Positions 20,608 to 30,453 of a DNA stretch of 64,000 nucleotides are shown here, piece by piece (the first letter of the stretch is position 1; every line of letters begins with the position of its first letter). Made by a program: the position numbers and the translations under genes. Source of the stretch: Bdellovibrionota bacterium (lineage in GTDB: Bacteria; Bdellovibrionota_G; JALEGL01; DATDPG01); assembly GCA_963668355.1 (NCBI GenBank), contig OY764265.1, positions 1,216,001-1,280,000 of the forward strand. The letters run 5' to 3'. The notes under the pieces are model-generated. The model had not been told where the DNA came from. It did no database searches and was given only the letters and a program-made list of their open reading frames with translations.

Positions 20608-21212
20608 AGCTGGAAAGCATACAACGACATCTGGAACATCTTTACCGTCTCATTCCCACGCCCTCTATTCAGCATTACCTCATTCATCCCGAGGAGTGGG
20701 CCCAGACAAACGCAAAGAAACCTTTAGGAGGGCCACAAGTTCTCATTGCGCAGCAGGGGGAGGATGTTCGTCTGGGGGTTCATTTGGGCAAAGAGGTCTT
20801 GGAACGCTTGGAGTCCAAAACCCCAAAGCAAGTTGACTTGCCTGCGCTCATGAGCGCGACGGAAGAAATCAGCCATTTCCTTTTTTTGGTTTGGAGTTTG
20901 CTCAACTCCAGGCCGGTGAGCTTGCTCGACATCGAAGTCCAGGGAGAAATTGATAAATTTCTTTTGGCCTCTGAACTCATTCCCAATCAACAAACCTTGT
21001 TGAATGTCCTTTTTGGACACCCAGATTATGACCCTTCCCTAAGTAAGACGGCCAAGGCTCGTTATGAAGAGGCCAACAAACTTGGAAGGAAGTTCTGTGC
21101 GTTTTTTATGAAAGCCCTGAAAAAGGATAACAAAGGCGATTCGCTTCGGCAGTTGCGAAATTTTTACCGAATGAACAGTCAAGCGCGGCTATCCCACATT
21201 TCGTTGTTGTAG
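20595..21212 (+). CDS. Hypothetical protein with possible metal-binding EExxH..ExQxExDK motif
   Basis: 205 aa ORF overlapping the previous stop; TEEISHFL and EVQGEIDKF. Confidence 0.7.
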   Translation: MDSLKLESIQRHLEHLYRLIPTPSIQHYLIHPEEWAQTNAKKPLGGPQVLIAQQGEDVRLGVHLGKEVLERLESKTPKQVDLPALMSATEEISHFLFLVWSLLNSRPVSLLDIEVQGEIDKFLLASELIPNQQTLLNVLFGHPDYDPSLSKTAKARYEEANKLGRKFCAFFMKALKKDNKGDSLRQLRNFYRMNSQARLSHISLL

Positions 21213-21263
21213 GCTTAAAAAACTTGTCCTATGGTGAACACGTGTGATAGCGGAAAGAGGACG

Positions 21264-21620
21264 ATGAGCGATAAAAAACAAAATAAACGTCAGGCCAAGC
21301 GGGTTACCACGAAGCATTTGAAAGTTGATTGGGCTTCGGAAGGAAATTTCCTTTTCGAAAACGCAACCAATATCAGCGAACACGGGATCTTCATTGAAAC
21401 CAAGAAACCCATGGATCCGGGTACAAGGATCAACTTGCAATTCCAAGTTCCCGACACCTCGGAAAAATTAGAGGTGATGGGCGAAGTGATTTGGACCAAT
21501 CCAATGCGACCGGAAGCGGGAGAGAATCATAACCCTGGAATGGGCATTCGGTTTGTAAACCTTCGGGATATTGACCGAGAAACGATTCTGTCCTTGGTGA
21601 AGCGCCTGGCGGTTCTTTAG
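21264..21620 (+). CDS. Stand-alone PilZ domain protein (TIGR02266-like)
   Basis: RQAKR and NISEHG c-di-GMP motifs, GMGIRF; GAGG RBS before ATG 21264. Confidence 0.88.
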   Translation: MSDKKQNKRQAKRVTTKHLKVDWASEGNFLFENATNISEHGIFIETKKPMDPGTRINLQFQVPDTSEKLEVMGEVIWTNPMRPEAGENHNPGMGIRFVNLRDIDRETILSLVKRLAVL

Positions 21621-21623
21621 AGC

Positions 21624-22235
21624 CTAACGGAAGACTTGGTTTTCGGCCTTAATGACCTGACCGCCGCTTTCGATGAGCAGAGACCAACGCTCAAGGTTGC
21701 CCACCACATTTTTTGCGTAAAAGGCCAGGCCCACGCGCTTCTTGCTTTTGATGACCCGCACCCCTTTTTTGTGAATCTTTCTCCCTTTTCCTTGTGATTG
21801 GATTCGATTCATTTCTGCGTTTGTGAGCGAGGGAATATAGAGAGATCGGGGGGCGTTTAAACGGAGGAACACACGGGCGTACGTCGTGAAATCTTCTTGG
21901 CTCTTCAGGGAAAGCTGCTCCCCTTGAATCATTTGATTCCATCCGTTTAAATCTCGGGCTTCCAGAAGGTAGGGGGTCTCGTTTGAAGACAAGGCCACGG
22001 ACCAAATGGGAGAGGGAACCATGTCTAAGGTAGACACCGTAAACAACTGGTGTTTGCGAATGAGCTGGTTGGCCAATTCATTGATTATGGGAACCCCAAA
22101 AAACAAACAGTCTTTGCACTCGGGCGTGTTTTCCTTAACGGTCGAAAGGGCTCTGGAAAGATTGTCCGGAGCTGCCTGGACAGAGGACGCCAACAGAAAA
22201 GACAATATTAAACCGAAATGAAGTTTAGCGTTCAG
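21624..22235 (-). CDS. Hypothetical exported protein (probable CTG start at 22235; TTG alternative at 22205)
   Basis: Open frame gives MNAKLHFGLILSFLLASSVQA signal peptide; GGAGG 6 nt upstream of the CTG. Confidence 0.6.
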   Translation of the reverse strand: MNAKLHFGLILSFLLASSVQAAPDNLSRALSTVKENTPECKDCLFFGVPIINELANQLIRKHQLFTVSTLDMVPSPIWSVALSSNETPYLLEARDLNGWNQMIQGEQLSLKSQEDFTTYARVFLRLNAPRSLYIPSLTNAEMNRIQSQGKGRKIHKKGVRVIKSKKRVGLAFYAKNVVGNLERWSLLIESGGQVIKAENQVFR

Positions 22236-23565
22236 GGTGGGCCTCCATTCTGGAAAGAGCTTGAGTCAACTGGACCAGACGTTTGGATAAGGTCAGGGCC
22301 TCTTTTCGTTTTTCGTGCAAATGTTTTTGATTTCGTGGACTCAATGAACCAAATTCCAAACGAGAAATTTCATCATGAACGGCCCGATATTCCTTCAAAA
22401 GTTTTTGAGCGTCTTTTTGCCCCAAGCGCCAAGCATAGAGAACGCCGAGGGATAGCAGATAGCGAGCCTCCACGGGAGAGTTCAGCGTGGGATCCATGAA
22501 AAAACGATCTTTCTTGGCATCATAAATGACAGAGCTCTCGGGGTTTAAGGCTCTTAGTTGAGCAAAGGTGGTTACATCCACCACCGTTTTTTTCATTACA
22601 CGATCCACGAGCGCAAACATCTTGTCGTCCGAAGAATTTCGTCCTACCTGTCGGAAATTGCGTTGAGCCGCCACGAGGTAGGGGTCAACCACCTTCCCCA
22701 GAACATCTTCGCTTTGTCGAACCGCCGCTTGAAACAGTTCCAGGGTGGCAGTTTGGTTTTGTTTAAGAAGTTGAAAGGCCCCGTCCGGATTGGGTCCCTC
22801 ACCATAGTTTTCAAGGTCTTCCAAGAGAGAGTAATCCGTCTTTTTGCTGTATTTTCGAGATCGATCATAAAGCAAATCGGAGGACGCATTTCCCAACGAA
22901 CCTTTGTGTGGCATGGCCATGGCCATGGCCATGGCAATTTGGGTCATGGCGGCTCGCTGAGGGGAAGCTCCGGCTCGGTTCCCATTACAAGGATCCATCA
23001 TTTTGGCCAAACCGGCGGATGGGCCTAAGCCCCCAGCCAGTTTTCCTCCAGGATCTCCTTTGAGGATTTGATTCATTAAATGATTCCAACGGAGAGCGTT
23101 TCCGGCCTTGGAAAAATTCTCTTCGGAGATTTTGGCAGCATCGTCTTTTTCGATTTCGCTTTTTTTCTTTCGAGCCAACGTCGTGTCGAAGTTGCGCCCA
23201 AACTCTTGAGAAAAAATGACATTCACAATGTCTTCCACTGAAACGTTTTTGGCATTCGCCTTCCAAATGGGTTGGAAAGAAATATCCCCATCCAGCATTC
23301 GAGAAACCGTAACCCGACCGTCTTCCGAAAAAACGATGCGATAGGTTTTGGGGCCCAAGGCAAATCGAATGGTTTCAGTTTCAAAGCCCACATACTTCTT
23401 TCTCGAAATGGGTGCTTGAAAATCGTGGCGTCCGGTTTGTTCTGTGAACTGCTCAATTAATAGGCGGGACACGTCAGACGGAGAGGCCTTGGCAAAAGCC
23501 AAGGAAGGTAGCAGAAGGAGTAGAAAAATGACAAAGTGCACCATAAGCGTCGTTCTCCCCATCAT
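22225..23565 (-). CDS. Hypothetical exported protein
   Basis: 446 aa ORF, signal peptide ending LAFA, GAGG RBS. Confidence 0.65.
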   Translation of the reverse strand: MMGRTTLMVHFVIFLLLLLPSLAFAKASPSDVSRLLIEQFTEQTGRHDFQAPISRKKYVGFETETIRFALGPKTYRIVFSEDGRVTVSRMLDGDISFQPIWKANAKNVSVEDIVNVIFSQEFGRNFDTTLARKKKSEIEKDDAAKISEENFSKAGNALRWNHLMNQILKGDPGGKLAGGLGPSAGLAKMMDPCNGNRAGASPQRAAMTQIAMAMAMAMPHKGSLGNASSDLLYDRSRKYSKKTDYSLLEDLENYGEGPNPDGAFQLLKQNQTATLELFQAAVRQSEDVLGKVVDPYLVAAQRNFRQVGRNSSDDKMFALVDRVMKKTVVDVTTFAQLRALNPESSVIYDAKKDRFFMDPTLNSPVEARYLLSLGVLYAWRLGQKDAQKLLKEYRAVHDEISRLEFGSLSPRNQKHLHEKRKEALTLSKRLVQLTQALSRMEAHPER

Positions 23566-23644
23566 AACACCTCTGGTAACACCTCAAAATGACTATAAAA
23601 AATTGATGACAACCGGCTGAAATCCCCGTAATCAAAGAGATACC

Positions 23645-23989
23645 TTGCGAAACAAAGAAAAACGAAAATATCCACGCATCGAAGCCAAAGTTCAGGTGGC
23701 CTTTCGGACTGTTGAAGACTTGGTGACGGAGTACACCAAGAACATCAGCAAGGGGGGCATCTTTTTAAAAACCGATAAAATGCTGGATCCAAATGCGGAA
23801 ATTGATTTGAAAATGATCTTTCCTGGAAGCTCCGGCGAATTCTCGGTAACCGGGAGGGTGGTTCGCGTAATGAGTGTGAGTCATCCAACGGACTTGTCCA
23901 AGCAAATCTATGGCGCGGGCATTCGCTTTATCGATCCGATTCCAGAGCTTTTACAGGCCATTGAGCGGATCATTGAAGCCCAGAAATAA
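23645..23989 (+). CDS. Stand-alone PilZ domain protein (TIGR02266-like)
   Basis: RKYPR and NISKGG motifs, GAGIRF. Confidence 0.88.
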   Translation: MRNKEKRKYPRIEAKVQVAFRTVEDLVTEYTKNISKGGIFLKTDKMLDPNAEIDLKMIFPGSSGEFSVTGRVVRVMSVSHPTDLSKQIYGAGIRFIDPIPELLQAIERIIEAQK

Positions 23990-24042
23990 TTTCGGCTTTT
24001 TAAGCAACGTTTCACCCCAAAATGTCCTGATTTGAGGGTAAG

Positions 24043-25272
24043 ATGGTGAACATGAGGGAGTTGGAATCCCATAGGCCTGCCTGGAGATCGATTTGGACGG
24101 TCATGTTTTTGGTCGTTTTTTTGGCAGGGGCTTTGGGAATCATTCGCTGGGCCTTGCTCACACAGCTACTGGTTCATACGGAAAACAGTGCGCGAAGACT
24201 CGCGAGCGAAATCGCTCAGGAAATGGCCGAGGGGAAACCGTTACAGGAATCTGTTTATCGAACCTTTGTGGCGTTAGAGCCCCGTACGGGATATGTGGCG
24301 GTAGCGAATTATCGTTCAGGATATCGTTCCGGAGTCATCAATTCACGGAGCCTGTATCAAGGCGCACAAGACATCGCAAAATACTTGGAAGAACATGGAA
24401 ATTCGGAAACCCTGGCGCGATTGGTTCGTCCCGATACGGGGTTTTCTCATGAATATTTAGATGTGGTTTCGGTAGTGTTTGTTCCTGGAAAAGGATCTCT
24501 GGATCGAACGCCCGTGGGAACACTAAAAATTGGTTATGTCATTCCGGGTTTTCCTTATGGACGAGGTTATTACAAGTTGTGGTGGTTTTCTGAGGTTGCC
24601 TTGGGGGCGATGTTCCTTTTGCTCTCTTTGGTGATCTTGGTGAGGGGGCTTCGGTCTTCGGCGGAAGAAGAGCGATCCATCATTCATGCGGTTCCCGCCC
24701 CGGATGATGATCTCGGGCTCTTGGATGAGGAAGAAGACGAGGAAACCACGGTGGAATTGGAAGAAGCCGATGGGGATTGGAGACGCATTTTCGATGGGGA
24801 AAGCACGAATCATTTTCGAACCAAGGGAAATTGGAAGGTCCTCAATGGCGCTTTGATTGGAGATCCTTGGGGAGCTTCGGCGGTATATGAAAAAGCCAAG
24901 AATTTGGACACGTACGCTTTCCGAGTTTTTGGACAAAAACTCGCGGGTCCGGATGGGTTTGTTGTGTTGTTTTCATGCAATCAAAAGCACTTGGCTTGGA
25001 TTTTGGGAGGTTGGCAGAACACCCGATCAGAGGTGGGAGGATACGAAAGCACACGGATTGAACATGAAGTAGAGACGCAATGTTGGTTTCAAGTTGAAAT
25101 CCAGGTGAAAAAGGAGACGGTGGAAGGAAGCATTGACGGTCAAATGGTTTGGTCCTTAAATCGATCAGAAATCACAGAGTCTTCTCCAGACGTGGGGTTT
25201 GAGAAAGGAGTTGGTGTTGCAACGTGGAGCACGATGGTCAAGTTCAAAGACCTTGAATTGCTTGAAGCATAG
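24043..25272 (+). CDS. Membrane protein with two TMs, a periplasmic domain and a C-terminal DUF1080-like lectin/beta-sandwich domain
   Basis: Two hydrophobic segments; WRRIFDG..GNWKV.NG.L.G....W...EI.V.....G.IDG....VKFKDL pattern. Confidence 0.55.
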   Translation: MVNMRELESHRPAWRSIWTVMFLVVFLAGALGIIRWALLTQLLVHTENSARRLASEIAQEMAEGKPLQESVYRTFVALEPRTGYVAVANYRSGYRSGVINSRSLYQGAQDIAKYLEEHGNSETLARLVRPDTGFSHEYLDVVSVVFVPGKGSLDRTPVGTLKIGYVIPGFPYGRGYYKLWWFSEVALGAMFLLLSLVILVRGLRSSAEEERSIIHAVPAPDDDLGLLDEEEDEETTVELEEADGDWRRIFDGESTNHFRTKGNWKVLNGALIGDPWGASAVYEKAKNLDTYAFRVFGQKLAGPDGFVVLFSCNQKHLAWILGGWQNTRSEVGGYESTRIEHEVETQCWFQVEIQVKKETVEGSIDGQMVWSLNRSEITESSPDVGFEKGVGVATWSTMVKFKDLELLEA

Positions 25273-25903
25273 TTTTGTCACGCTCCTCATGCTGATGTTT
25301 GTGGCGTGTGAACCGGTTTCTTTTAAGGAGCGCGAGATTTTTTATGCGGTCCCTTCCACGCCCACGCCTCTCCCCACAGCGACTCCACGAGTGGTCAAAA
25401 AGAAACCCAAGAAAAAGATTCAAAGGACCACCCGACGGGAAATTCAAGAGGCCTATTCGGCACTGTTGATGCTGGCCTCGGAGCATGATCTTTTGGAAGA
25501 GGATCTTCCCAGTGTGGATGCTCGAGCGAAGCGTTTAAAAGATGCGTTGAAAGGAATGCCTTCTTCCAACGTGCTTGAGGACTTATATCGAATTCAAGAA
25601 GCCATTCCCCGATTTGAACTGAACCGAGAATTTCTCCAAAAAAAGTTGAAGCGTGTTCGAATGGAACTTCAAAGGTTGAAAGCTGACATTGAAAAAAAGA
25701 AAGTCGTCGAAGAGTTAGTGGAAAAAGTAGATGAGTTTTTGAACCAAGAAAACTTTTTAGATGCCAACCGACTTTTAAATGGGATTTCACGAGACATCAA
25801 GATGTTGGCTGCGACGGCCCAAACGCCTCCAACCCCCTCACCTACAGCAACGCCTTTGTCGACTCCTGAGGTTTCCCCGACCGCCCCCTCAACAGCGGAA
25901 TAA
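25262..25903 (+). CDS. Predicted lipoprotein with coiled coil and Pro/Thr-rich ends
   Basis: TTG start gives MKHSFVTLLMLMFVAC lipobox; PTPLPTATP and TPPTPSPTATP tracts. Confidence 0.6.
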   Translation: MKHSFVTLLMLMFVACEPVSFKEREIFYAVPSTPTPLPTATPRVVKKKPKKKIQRTTRREIQEAYSALLMLASEHDLLEEDLPSVDARAKRLKDALKGMPSSNVLEDLYRIQEAIPRFELNREFLQKKLKRVRMELQRLKADIEKKKVVEELVEKVDEFLNQENFLDANRLLNGISRDIKMLAATAQTPPTPSPTATPLSTPEVSPTAPSTAE

Positions 25904-26674
25904 GGTCAGAGCATTTTCATTCGTTTGATTCGCAAGTTCCTCAAGGGAAACCTTCTTGATTTGCGCCAGAGCTTTGGCCACTTCAACCACATGGGCGGGT
26001 TCGTTTCGTTTCCCGCGGTACGGAGAAGGAGATAAAAACGGCGCATCGGTTTCAATGAGAAGTCGATCCAGGGGAACGCGTTCGGCAGCTTCCCTTAACG
26101 TTTCGGACTTCTTGAACGTTAAAATTCCGGAAAACGAAACATGTCCTCCCAGTTCAACTACTTTCTCGGCCTCTTCGGCATTTCCCGTGAAACAGTGAAA
26201 AACGCCACCGACGCTTCGGAAGACATCTCTCTTTTGAATTTCCTCATACGTTTGGACGAAGGCATCTCTGCAATGAATGATGACGGGATAGTTTTCTTCC
26301 AAAGCCAAGTCGAGTTGGTCTTGAAAACACCGAATCTGCTCTTTTCGGGGGGAGTTGTCGTAATAAAAGTCCAGTCCAATTTCTCCCACAGCTTTCATGA
26401 ATGATTGATTCAAAACGTTCCGAAGAGAATCTAAGCTTTTCGATGTGAAAAGTTTGGCATCATGAGGATGAACCCCGATCGAACCGATCATGCCTTCAGT
26501 ATTTCGAATCAGATCGCAGGCTTCTTGAACGGTGGTGGGGTCGGGAGCCATTACGACGTTGAGCATATTCATGACGTTGGCGTTTCGAGCTCGCTCCAGA
26601 ACCTCATTTCGGTCGGCATCAAACGCGGGAAGGTTTACGTGGGTATGAGAGTCGAAAAAAACCATTTCCTTCAC
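25889..26674 (-). CDS. tatD: TatD family DNase
   Basis: DSHTH, GVHPH, GEIGLD, IHCR, HCF, ETDAPF. Confidence 0.93.
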   Translation of the reverse strand: MKEMVFFDSHTHVNLPAFDADRNEVLERARNANVMNMLNVVMAPDPTTVQEACDLIRNTEGMIGSIGVHPHDAKLFTSKSLDSLRNVLNQSFMKAVGEIGLDFYYDNSPRKEQIRCFQDQLDLALEENYPVIIHCRDAFVQTYEEIQKRDVFRSVGGVFHCFTGNAEEAEKVVELGGHVSFSGILTFKKSETLREAAERVPLDRLLIETDAPFLSPSPYRGKRNEPAHVVEVAKALAQIKKVSLEELANQTNENALTLFRC

Positions 26675-27495
26675 CGCCGAGGCAACGCACTGTATGTCAA
26701 CAAGAGGTGGTCAAGGTTCAAAGCGATGTTCGCATACCTTCGCAAGGATCGACTTTCTGCTTCAAGGGTTCGGTCAAATAAGTCTTCCAAGCTTTGTCGC
26801 TCATGAAGTGTCCAATTTTCTTGGCTGGAGCGCTCCAGACGATTGCGTAGGGTCTGTTCAAAGGCTTGAAAGAAAAAACGCAGCTCGTTTCGATTCTTGG
26901 CCAAGCGTTGGGTGAACTCAAAAACTTTTTCCGGAGGAAGGGGCGGAGGGGACTCAAGAAGAAGTTGGAGTTCGCCGAGCCAATCGGGAGTTTCTTCTTC
27001 GGACTCTGAGGTTAAAGAGTTTTCGGGAAATCGGATGACCATGAGTCGAGAGTGAACCGTTCGGGGAAGTTGATCCGGAGAGTTTGTGGTCAAGATGATG
27101 ATGGCGTGACTGGGAGGCTCCTCCAGAGTTTTTAGCAAGGCGTTGGCGGCGGCGATATTGAGTGTGTGAGCTTCGTGAACCAAGGCAATCTTTTGAGGGG
27201 CTTCATAGGGTCCGATGTGTACCCATCGTTGAAGATCCCGAATTTGGTCAATCGTGATTTCTTGTTTTTCAGGAACGACCGTTCGAACATCCGGATGGTT
27301 TCCTTCTTGCGCATTCTGACAAGAGATACAGGTTTGACAGGGACGTTGGTCGGGATCGGACGTGCAAACGATTTTTTGAGATAAGGCCAGGGCCACATGG
27401 TTTTTGGATGTGTTTCGTGAGCCCACGAATAAAAGGCCGTGAGGAAGTCGGTTTCGATCCACCATCTCCAAAACGCGTTGTTCAAGGGTGGTCAT
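26671..27495 (-). CDS. holB: DNA polymerase III delta' subunit
   Basis: PHGLLF, C..C..C Zn motif, HPD, AANALLKTLEEPP, TVHSR; tmk-holB-tatD synteny. Confidence 0.88.
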   Translation of the reverse strand: MTTLEQRVLEMVDRNRLPHGLLFVGSRNTSKNHVALALSQKIVCTSDPDQRPCQTCISCQNAQEGNHPDVRTVVPEKQEITIDQIRDLQRWVHIGPYEAPQKIALVHEAHTLNIAAANALLKTLEEPPSHAIIILTTNSPDQLPRTVHSRLMVIRFPENSLTSESEEETPDWLGELQLLLESPPPLPPEKVFEFTQRLAKNRNELRFFFQAFEQTLRNRLERSSQENWTLHERQSLEDLFDRTLEAESRSLRRYANIALNLDHLLLTYSALPRR

Positions 27496-28169
27496 GATGA
27501 GGGTTTCAATCTTTCATCAATCACGGCAAGCATATTTTGTGTGATTTTTTGGGGCGTTCGGTTGGAATCCACAACGACAAATCGGGAAGGATTTTGTTTG
27601 GCTAGACTCAAGTATCCTTCTCGGACCCTGCGATGAAAATCCTTCGCTTCTTTCTCAAAACGATCTTCTTTGGCGCCGGTGGAGGCTTCGATTCGACTCA
27701 ACGCTCTTTCCAGGGCAGCTTCCATGGGCATGTCCATCAAGAGGGTTAAGTTGGGAGTTAGCCCGTCACAAGCCTTTTCATTGAGAGATTGAACCCAGGT
27801 CGGATCCAGTCCGCGACCGAAGCCCTGATAGGCCACCGAGGCATCTGCATACCGATCACAGAGGATTAAATGGTAATTGTGCAGGGCGGGTCGAAGGATT
27901 TGGGATACGTGTTGTGCCCGAGCGGCCTGCAATAGGAACAGTTCACTTAGCGCACAAAGTTGTTCTGAACGAGTTTGAACCAAGATGGCTCGAATTTCAT
28001 TGCCAATGTCTGTACCCCCCGGTTCGCGAGTGGTCAGAACCTTGAGCCCTTTTCTTTGATAGTGCTCGGCAATGGCGCGGACTTGCGTACTTTTCCCTAC
28101 GCCTTCGGTACCTTCAAACGTGACAAAAAGAGCGCGAGGACTATTTTTTTGAGGGTCCAAGGATGTCAT
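27492..28169 (-). CDS. tmk: Thymidylate kinase
   Basis: FEGTEGVGKST, REPGGT, DRY..S.AYQG. Confidence 0.95.
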   Translation of the reverse strand: MTSLDPQKNSPRALFVTFEGTEGVGKSTQVRAIAEHYQRKGLKVLTTREPGGTDIGNEIRAILVQTRSEQLCALSELFLLQAARAQHVSQILRPALHNYHLILCDRYADASVAYQGFGRGLDPTWVQSLNEKACDGLTPNLTLLMDMPMEAALERALSRIEASTGAKEDRFEKEAKDFHRRVREGYLSLAKQNPSRFVVVDSNRTPQKITQNMLAVIDERLKPSS

Positions 28170-28350
28170 CGAGTGAAGGGGTTGATCCGTTGACTCGAAG
28201 CTTCCGCTTTCGATCTTTCCCGGCCCTTACTCGCTTGCGATTTCGGCTTTTTCCCGTTCTTCGTGATGCAGCTGCCATAATGACGCGCCTTATAGCGAAA
28301 AACCCGCCGAAGGGAAACAGGAAAAGATGAAAATTGCTTGGTTTCGGTGC

Positions 28351-28953
28351 TTATTGCCTCAAAACGAAGCCGTTGTATCCGGATCGCGAGAACTGGGAAA
28401 GCTGTTCTTCCGCCCGTGCCCGCGTGGTCCAAGGTCCGGCCCAAACCCTTTGAAGTCCTTGAAATTGTTTGATTTTTAAAGTTTCCCCGGGGAATTTTCG
28501 TTTCAATTTTTCCAGCATCCGCTGCGCATTGGGGACCTCCCGAAAAGAGCCCAATTGGACGAAGAAATGGCCCTGGGGTGCGGGGGCCGGTGGGGTAGAC
28601 GGAGCAGAACCCAACACCGTCAATTTCACACGGGCGGTACCGGTTTCGACCAGACCAATTTTTCGGGCGGCGGCTAAAGAAAGGTCAATGATTCGTCCCT
28701 TCACAAAGGGGCCGCGATCGGTGATTCGGACGACGGTGGATCGCTGATTATCCAGATTTAAGACTCGAACGCGTGTCTGAAAGGGAAGTGTGCGATGGGC
28801 GGCTGTCATGGCGTACATGTCGTATTTTTCACCTGACGCGGTCAGTCGACCGTGGAACTTTCCTCCATACCACGAAGCATGTCCCTGAAAATCAGACCCT
28901 GGTAAATCATAGAAACCGGAGGGTCGACCTCCACAGGCAGAAAACAGGACCAA
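28351..28953 (-). CDS. rlpA: Septal ring lytic transglycosylase RlpA with SPOR domain; true start probably further upstream (~28983)
   Basis: ASWYG..FHGRLTASGE, TAAHRTLP, DRGPF, IIDLS; SPOR VQLGSF. Confidence 0.9.
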   Translation of the reverse strand: MVLFSACGGRPSGFYDLPGSDFQGHASWYGGKFHGRLTASGEKYDMYAMTAAHRTLPFQTRVRVLNLDNQRSTVVRITDRGPFVKGRIIDLSLAAARKIGLVETGTARVKLTVLGSAPSTPPAPAPQGHFFVQLGSFREVPNAQRMLEKLKRKFPGETLKIKQFQGLQRVWAGPWTTRARAEEQLSQFSRSGYNGFVLRQ

Positions 28954-29056
28954 AACCCCAAGGAGGATAAAATGGCGCCAGATCGATTCGCTTTTTGTGT
29001 CTCTGCGGTTGATTTGTTAGAAACTAGTAGCAGAAATTCCTGAGGTCAAACGGAGA

Positions 29057-29248
29057 ATGAACCCGTATAAAGTAAAAGAGTGTAGCCAAGTTACCGATGA
29101 GGAGCTGGAGCGTGTGATCAATGAAGGAGTAAGCCAAGGCTACTCCTTCGAAGGCATTCATTTTGCGATGCGAGAAGCTTCCAAAAGACCGGCCATGGCC
29201 TTTGTGCTGTTCACAACTGAAAAGAGGACGAAACATGAAGAAAGCTGA
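29057..29248 (+). CDS. Small protein, DUF4177-like
   Basis: GGAG RBS; YKV.E...LERVINE.VSQGY.FE.I.F pattern. Confidence 0.6.
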   Translation: MNPYKVKECSQVTDEELERVINEGVSQGYSFEGIHFAMREASKRPAMAFVLFTTEKRTKHEES

Positions 29249-29681
29249 TTTACTGCATCGAGGAATCGCAAAGGTCATCGATTTTTTAATCATGGGGGCG
29301 CTTTGTACGATTCCTACGATTGTGGGCGTCGTCGCCGGGGCGGTATACATTTTGATTTCGGACGGTCTTTATAAGGGGCAGAGTCTTGGTAAAAAACTCA
29401 TCGGGCTGAAGGTCGTTGTGAGAGACCCACAGGGAGAGTGTTCCCGCTCATGTTGGTTTAAAGATTCGATCATCCGCAACCTTCTTTTTGGAATCACGCT
29501 CTTTCTTTCGAGCATTCCCTTGCTGGGCATTTTGTTTTTCTTATTGGGCATTGTGGTCGTGGTGGTGGAAGCCTATTTTGTTTATGCCGATGATCATGGC
29601 ATTCGAGTAGGGGATATTTTTGCAGGGACCCAGGTGGTCGATCACGAGCCGGACGAGGCTGACGTAGAAAACCATGAATAA
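29235..29681 (+). CDS. RDD family membrane protein
   Basis: R.IA..ID, GQSLGKKLIGLKVV, RN, RVGDIFAGTQV. Confidence 0.88.
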   Translation: MKKADLLHRGIAKVIDFLIMGALCTIPTIVGVVAGAVYILISDGLYKGQSLGKKLIGLKVVVRDPQGECSRSCWFKDSIIRNLLFGITLFLSSIPLLGILFFLLGIVVVVVEAYFVYADDHGIRVGDIFAGTQVVDHEPDEADVENHE

Positions 29682-30450
29682 AAAAAACGTTTTTGTCTTT
29701 CTGCTTCTTGGCGGACTTGTGTTTGCTCAAGCGTGTTCGGGGAAAAAAGCACCGTCCACCATGCGCGACGAAAAAGTCTTCTTTTCAAACAAATTTCGCG
29801 TAGCCGTGTTCGATTATGGAAGTGGGTTTCACCGGTCTGGCCTGGATCAGTGTGAGCAAGAGTTTCCTGCCGTGGAGGTCGTTGGGGAGACCTATGTCCA
29901 TCGCATTCTTAGAAATGCAGGACTTAATCCGGAAGAAATGGCCCGATTTGGAGATGTCTTTGAGCCTTACAAAAAATTGCGAGGGATTCATTTATTGCTG
30001 ATCGCCTTTCGGGAAGGGGGAGAGCATTACCTAAGGATTGTGAATTATTTGGGACGCTATGTGAGTACGGTGGTTCTGGATATTCAAAATCCGACGTGCG
30101 AGGACATTCTTCGGGCTCAGCGAATTGTGGCCGTGGAATCAAATCCACCGTTTGCGGACATCCAAATGAACGGAAGAAAACTTGGCGAGTCGCCTTTGTG
30201 GATCTTTCTTCGGGATGGATCGTATGAAATTGAATGTAAGCTTCCGGGACAAATGTTTTCACCCATTCGATTTAAAATGCCTGGAACAGCACATGTTCAA
30301 TGTTCTCGTGAGAATGTTCAAAGCAAAGCCCAAGTGGATGAGTTTCACAAAATGAGTGGAGAGGAAAAGGCAGGTTCGGTTCTGATTTACCTTGTCGGCA
30401 TTGCGGGTGCCATTGGCTTGGGAATTCTTCCGTTTCTTTTGTTTTTGTAA
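29674..30450 (+). CDS. Predicted lipoprotein with PEGA-like domain and C-terminal TM
   Basis: FAQAC lipobox; VESNPPFADIQMNGRKLGESP PEGA-like motif. Confidence 0.6.
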   Translation: MNKKNVFVFLLLGGLVFAQACSGKKAPSTMRDEKVFFSNKFRVAVFDYGSGFHRSGLDQCEQEFPAVEVVGETYVHRILRNAGLNPEEMARFGDVFEPYKKLRGIHLLLIAFREGGEHYLRIVNYLGRYVSTVVLDIQNPTCEDILRAQRIVAVESNPPFADIQMNGRKLGESPLWIFLRDGSYEIECKLPGQMFSPIRFKMPGTAHVQCSRENVQSKAQVDEFHKMSGEEKAGSVLIYLVGIAGAIGLGILPFLLFL

Positions 30451-30453
30451 TTT

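Noticed and set aside
28166..28444. 92-aa ORF between rlpA and tmk
   Set aside because: Overlaps rlpA out of frame, with no RBS or recognisable motif; probably the tmk promoter region
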